A stretch of DNA of 64,000 nt from the NCBI GenBank assembly GCA_016184115.1, contig JACPDH010000080.1, forward strand, positions 6,116-70,115, in the 5' to 3' direction. Below, in pieces: positions 60,101 through 64,000 of the stretch (position 1 is its first letter; every line of letters starts with the position of its first letter). The position numbers and the translations under genes are program-made. The notes beneath the pieces were generated by a model. It made no database searches, was not told where the DNA came from, and worked only from the letters and a program-made list of their open reading frames with translations. Source of the DNA: Acidobacteriota bacterium (lineage in GTDB: Bacteria > Acidobacteriota > Thermoanaerobaculia > Gp7-AA8).

Positions 60101-60693
60101 GCGAAACACCGCTCGAGCGCGTCGAGAATCAGGGCTACATCCACTACCGGAAGGGCTCGCTCGTCATGTACGCGCTGCGCGACTACATGGGCGAAGAAGC
60201 GCTGAACCGCGCGCTCGCCAGGTTCGTCGCCGACCACAAGTTCGCCGAGCCGCCATACCCTACTTCTCTCGACCTGCTCAGCTACATTCGCGCCGAAGCG
60301 TCGCCCGAGCTGCAGCCCGTAATCACTGACCTGTTCGAGTCGATCACGATCTACGAGAACAAGGCGACCGCCGCCTCGGCATCGAAGCGCGCCGACGGGA
60401 AATGGGTGGTATCGCTCGAGATCGCGGCGGGCAAGTACCACGCAACCGCCGCAGGAAAGGAAGAGCCGGTGAAGATCGGCGACCTCATCGACATCGGCAT
60501 CCTCGGCGACGACCCGAAAGACAAGACCCGCGGCGCTCCCATCCTCTATCTCGAGAAGAAGCGAATCGATCGACCCAAAATGAAGTTCGAAATCGTCGTC
60601 GATCGCGAGCCGTCGAAAGCCGGCATCGACCCGCTCAACAAGCTCATCGACCGAAACCCCGAAGACAATCTGAAGGCAGTGGAACGAAAGTAG
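57161..60693 (+). CDS. ABC-2 type permease fused to an M1-family (aminopeptidase N-like) zinc metallopeptidase. The reading frame is interrupted by a 1-nt frameshift near 58570-58590; the two ORFs in the track are 57161..58645 and 58582..60693.
   Basis: The first ORF has 8+ TM helices and ends in Arg-rich junk after …LSFFVPS. The second ORF starts with more TM helices and continues into an M1 domain with HEVAHQWW…E (HExxH-18-E). The two overlap by 64 nt in different frames. Confidence 0.6.
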
Positions 60694-61083
60694 AAACGCG
60701 AAACGCGGAACGGGAAACACGGAACGCCGAACGGGGAACGCGAAACGCGGAACGGGAAACGCGAAATGTGGAACGGAAAACGCGAAATGTGGAACGCGGG
60801 ATGCGAATGTCGAAACGCGTTACGCGACGAGAAACACAGAACGTTCAAGGCAACCCCAGCCGCACCTCAAACGCGGAGCTCATGAGAGCTAGCTCCTACC
60901 CGGTTCCGCGCCTCATGTAACGGTTTCGCATTTCGCGTTTCGCATTTCGCGTTTCGCATTTCGCGTTCCGCATTCCGCATTTCGCGTTCCGCATTTCGCA
61001 TTTCGCGTTTCGCATTCCGCATTTCGCATTTCGCGTTCCGCATTTCGCGTTCCGCATTTCGTGTTTCGCACTCCGCATTTCGA
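60694..61083. repeat. Large inverted pair of heptamer tandem arrays. (GAAACGC/GGAACGG/GAAATGT…) about x24 is at 60694-60860. (GCATTTC/GCGTTTC/GCGTTCC) about x25 is at 60905-61083. Together they span the whole convergent intergenic region.
   Basis: Direct reading. The ORF-track entries 60402..60920 and 60896..61129 are only translations of the repeats (TRNAERE… and MRNAKCG…). Confidence 0.85.
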
Positions 61084-61470
61084 TTACTTCTTCGGCGTGA
61101 TCTCCTTCTCCTCTCTCCACAACTTCCAACGATCGCGGAAGGTGTAAGGCGTGTACGCGGCCGGTGTGGAGAGAAGTGAGAAGGCGTCGATGGTCGGCAT
61201 CGGAGTCGCGTCGCTGTTGGCTGTTCCTGCGGCTGCAGCGAGAACGAACCCCACGGTGCCGAATCCAGGCACGTGGAGCAGGTAGGGCTCAGGAGCTTTG
61301 ATCTGCGACTCCTCGACGACGACCTCGTAGAGGATGTACATCATCGCCGGTTTCGAATAGTCGGGCTTGTCCTTGTCCTGAGCCTCAGCGGTTTTTGCCG
61401 GCTCGGCGGAGTGCATGGACAGTGCGAACAACGCGGACGCAAACGCGAACGCAGCAATCTTGATCCTCAT
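61084..61470 (-). CDS. Small secreted hypothetical protein.
   Basis: Signal peptide MRIKIAAFAFASALFALS. 128 aa. Confidence 0.45.
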   Translation of the reverse strand: MRIKIAAFAFASALFALSMHSAEPAKTAEAQDKDKPDYSKPAMMYILYEVVVEESQIKAPEPYLLHVPGFGTVGFVLAAAAGTANSDATPMPTIDAFSLLSTPAAYTPYTFRDRWKLWREEKEITPKK

Positions 61471-61600
61471 GTCTACCCTCCTTGGCGTCGGGCGGCGCGC
61501 AAACTGCCCGGTACGCCCCCTCCCATTCTCAAATATAGGACGAACGCGACACGCCGGATGTTGCAATCTTCATTCGGGCTGCCGGTAGAATCGGCGTCGG

Positions 61601-62422
61601 ATGCCAAGAATCGCGTTTCTCGAGCTCCTCGACCGCTATGACGCGGAGATTCTGGAACGACAGCGGCAGGCGGAGCTCGATCCGGTTCCGGAAGCGTTTC
61701 ACCAGCTTCGCGTTCATGTGAAGCGGGCTCGTGCGCTCCTCGAGCTCGTCGACAACGTCGCGCCGAAGTTTCGGCGAACGCGATCGATGCGAGTCTTTCG
61801 TGAGCCGTTCCGAGCCGCCGGTACGATTCGCGACCTCCATGTGCAGCTCGAGATCGCTACCAGCACGGCGTCGCTCTCGTCCGACATCTCGACCTACCTC
61901 GGTATGCTCGAGGCGCGCGAGCATAACGCCGTCACCGCCTGGCTGGCGTCGGGGCCGCGAGTCTCACCTGACCAACTCGCCGCGGTCCGCCGCGAAGTCG
62001 AAGACGCGCTCGCGCGTCGCGGCTGGGTCGAGCTTGCCTCTCGCAGCTGGATGCACTTCATCGCGCGGCTTCGCGACACCCTCGCGTTCGACGTTCACGC
62101 TGCCGACCTTCATGATCTGCGCAAGCGCGTCAAGGACTGCTCGAATCTGACCTGGATCCTCGCAGAAGTCGCGCCGGAGCTGATCATCGCGAAACCGCTG
62201 ACCAGGGCACTCGACAAGCTCCAGAAACAGCTCGGAGACTGGCACGACCTCGACGTCGCCGTTGCCACGTCGGACGAGCTCCCGACGGAAGAACCAGGAT
62301 GCAGCTCCCCCGCAGGCTGGACTGAATTTCGCGCATCGATCGCCGCGAAGCGCGAACAGCTTCGCGAAAAAGTGCTGCGCAATTGGCGGGCGCTCGCGAA
62401 CGTCACGCCGCCGGGAGTCTAG
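61601..62422 (+). CDS. CHAD-domain protein.
   Basis: Repeated His/Arg-containing helices (FHQLRVHVKRAR, LHDLRKRVKD, LGDWHDLDV) typical of CHAD. Confidence 0.65.
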   Translation: MPRIAFLELLDRYDAEILERQRQAELDPVPEAFHQLRVHVKRARALLELVDNVAPKFRRTRSMRVFREPFRAAGTIRDLHVQLEIATSTASLSSDISTYLGMLEAREHNAVTAWLASGPRVSPDQLAAVRREVEDALARRGWVELASRSWMHFIARLRDTLAFDVHAADLHDLRKRVKDCSNLTWILAEVAPELIIAKPLTRALDKLQKQLGDWHDLDVAVATSDELPTEEPGCSSPAGWTEFRASIAAKREQLREKVLRNWRALANVTPPGV

Positions 62423-62503
62423 CCCAGGTTATTCATGAGACCTCTGCTGCGGAGCGCGATAGCCGCATGAGTATTCGCCGGGCTAGTGTAGTGTTTGGGC
62501 CTG

Positions 62504-62520
62504 GGCCTCCCGGCCCGGGA
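62504..62520. terminator. Short GC hairpin (ctcccgg-ccc-ccgggag) between the convergent CHAD and FadL-like genes.
   Basis: gggcctcccggcccgggagcc. Confidence 0.35.
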
Positions 62521-62542
62521 GCCGGTGTCCGCTTCTCGTCGA

Positions 62543-63898
62543 TCAGAACTTCATGACGACCGAGATCGAAGCGACGTCGGAGAGTGACGACGTGTCGTAC
62601 GCCGCGTCGACCTGCCAGCGCGGCCACGAAAGCCCGACGCCGAGCGTGTAGTGACTTACGTCGTCCGTCTCCGGAAAGAGGATCTCGGCTGACATCGCGT
62701 CGTGTCCGACGAGAGGGCCGCGATAGGCGATCGCGTGCGCCGGATCGGTCCACCAACCAGCTCGAATCGCAAAGGGGACCCGTGTCTGGATGTAGTACTC
62801 CACTCCCGCGTGAATCTCCGTCGCGTCGTCGGCCTCGTAGCCACTCACACCCTCCACCTTGGTGAGTTGATCGCCGTCGTACACGACTTCGATGACCGAT
62901 AGAAAATCATTCGTCGCGACCGAATAGTCGATCCTCGCAACATCGACCCCGAGGAGGAGGTTAGGCGTCGGATGCCATGCAACACCCACGCTCGCAGCGT
63001 CGGGTATCTCGAACCTCGTCGTTCCGATCAGGTCGAGCTGCGCCGGCGAGTTTGCCGAGATATTTCTCGAGAAGACAGGGGCGGGGAACTCAGGCCCCTT
63101 CTTGTAGACCGCGCCGAGGCTCCACGCGGAGCTCGGCTGCCACTTCACCCCGGCAACCCACGTGATGTCGTCATCGGTCTCGTCGCCGTAGAGCCGTGCA
63201 CCGTTCTGTTGGGTGATGAGAAACGTCGGCTGCCCAGGGAGATCGGTGTCGATGCGATGGCTCGACGCCACCTCACTGAAACTGCTGTAACGGATCGCCA
63301 TGCCGACGGAAACATTCCCGAAATCGTGCGCCGCGGCGAGCCCGAAGCTTTCGAGGCTGATGTCGACACTCGACGCGTACGGATAGATCTGACCCTCCAC
63401 GCAGTCGCCCCTCGTCTGGCAGGCCGCGAACGTCAACGGCGCTCCGTCGGGCCCCACGAAGTATGTGGGCGTGGGGTAGCGTCCGATCGTGTCGATCGTG
63501 TTCTGCAGGTCGAGCGACGAGTGATAGAACAGCGCGAATGACGAACGTTCGAGCGGGTAGACGACGCTGACGAACGAGACGTCGACGTCCGTCGCCGCAA
63601 AATCGGTCCTCGGCAGATCGGGGTAATAGCCACCCGTCGCGAAGAGCTGCGACATCGTCGTCTTTCGCAGTTCCAGTGAGACCTCAGGCTCTCGCAACAC
63701 GGTTAGGCCGGCGGGGTTCGATTCGGCGGCTGAAGCATCGTCCGCGATCGCGACGAACGCGCCGCCCATCCCGAGAGCGCGGGCGCCCGGATTCGCAAAG
63801 TCGAATTGGAGCCCAGAAAGCGCCTCGATATCGGTGTTCTGCGCGACGAGCGGAACCGCAAACGCCAGCGCGATCGCGGCCACGGAGACGTTCCTCAT
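62543..63898 (-). CDS. FadL/TodX/OmpP1-family outer-membrane transport protein.
   Basis: Signal peptide. The GMGGAF motif near the N-terminus. Beta-barrel pattern with a C-terminal Phe (…VVMKF). Confidence 0.65.
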   Translation of the reverse strand: MRNVSVAAIALAFAVPLVAQNTDIEALSGLQFDFANPGARALGMGGAFVAIADDASAAESNPAGLTVLREPEVSLELRKTTMSQLFATGGYYPDLPRTDFAATDVDVSFVSVVYPLERSSFALFYHSSLDLQNTIDTIGRYPTPTYFVGPDGAPLTFAACQTRGDCVEGQIYPYASSVDISLESFGLAAAHDFGNVSVGMAIRYSSFSEVASSHRIDTDLPGQPTFLITQQNGARLYGDETDDDITWVAGVKWQPSSAWSLGAVYKKGPEFPAPVFSRNISANSPAQLDLIGTTRFEIPDAASVGVAWHPTPNLLLGVDVARIDYSVATNDFLSVIEVVYDGDQLTKVEGVSGYEADDATEIHAGVEYYIQTRVPFAIRAGWWTDPAHAIAYRGPLVGHDAMSAEILFPETDDVSHYTLGVGLSWPRWQVDAAYDTSSLSDVASISVVMKF

Positions 63899-64000
63899 GG
63901 CGGACCTCCAGGGTGCATCGTCCACATCGGTGCCATGCGGCGCAGTGACCTCCGCACGGCCCGGCCTGTCCGTTCGTCACCCGTTGGCGTAACGCGACGC

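Noticed and set aside
60694-61083. A possible CRISPR array, because of the many short direct repeats.
   Set aside because: The repeat unit is 7 nt with no unique spacers, the arrays are palindromic pairs, and no cas genes are present. This is not CRISPR.
60402-61129. ORFs 60402..60920 (+) and 60896..61129 (-) with regular TRNAERE… / MRNAKCG… heptad peptides.
   Set aside because: They are translations of the non-coding heptanucleotide tandem arrays between convergent genes, and show no coding signal beyond the repeat.
52-64000. Many long antisense or overlapping ORFs in the track that are rich in Arg, Pro, Gly and Ala (for example 5146..5823, 5911..7287, 9486..11183, 11545..12825, 13155..14267, 27148..27966, 38984..40195, 47623..49161, 50663..51847).
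   Set aside because: These are a typical artefact of a high-GC genome: stop-codon-poor frames opposite real genes. Their composition is dominated by R/P/G/A, they lack motifs, and each overlaps a well-supported gene on the other strand or frame.
1-64000. Apparent over-representation of the hexamer TTAGGC in intergenic and genic positions.
   Set aside because: The count was done by eye only. The expected frequency in 64 kb on both strands is similar, so it is not demonstrably enriched.
1-64000. Prophage, integron or defence-island signatures (integrase, transposase, restriction-modification, toxin-antitoxin, cas).
   Set aside because: No ORF in the window shows the corresponding motifs. The window looks like core chromosome with housekeeping and envelope genes.

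Overview
This is a GC-rich bacterial chromosomal segment. It is densely coding and carries no phage, integrase or transposase genes. Several signature families (VWFA-related acidobacterial-type domain, LVIVD-like beta-propeller repeats, DUF4388, paired Hanks-type Ser/Thr kinases) suggest an Acidobacteriota-like genome, though this is an inference made without any database search. About 55 protein-coding genes can be supported.

Main gene clusters:
- A tyrosine-catabolism (homogentisate) cluster: hppD, hmgA, an unknown 292-aa gene, and fahA.
- tmk-holB, preceded by an SDR and a GT2.
- msrA.
- A CNNM/CorC-type transporter.
- A split class I fumarase (alpha and beta subunits).
- Two two-component systems. 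One is a cusRS/pmrAB-like OmpR-family pair sitting next to an LtaS-like sulfatase-family enzyme and near an EptA-like phosphoethanolamine transferase. The other is a NarL-family pair.
- c-di-GMP components: two PilZ proteins and a PAS-EAL protein.
- A paired SPFH/band-7 module.
- An ABC ATPase followed by an ABC-2 permease fused to an M1 (aminopeptidase N-like) metallopeptidase, interrupted by a frameshift.

Non-coding findings:
- At least seven intergenic loci share a recurring architecture: tandem arrays of heptanucleotide repeats arranged as inverted (palindromic) pairs. Each locus uses a different heptamer (GTTGTTR, NNCAGAA, AGTCCTN, AGGTCAN, GAAACGC/GGAACGG and others). Most sit between convergent genes, and some supply the stop codon of the upstream gene.
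- A ~160-175 bp palindromic MITE-like element is present in two inverted copies.
- A candidate ~185-nt structured sRNA has a near-consensus sigma-70 promoter and an intrinsic terminator.

Start coordinates were refined by eye from the ORF track. Functional calls rest on recognisable motifs, not on searches.
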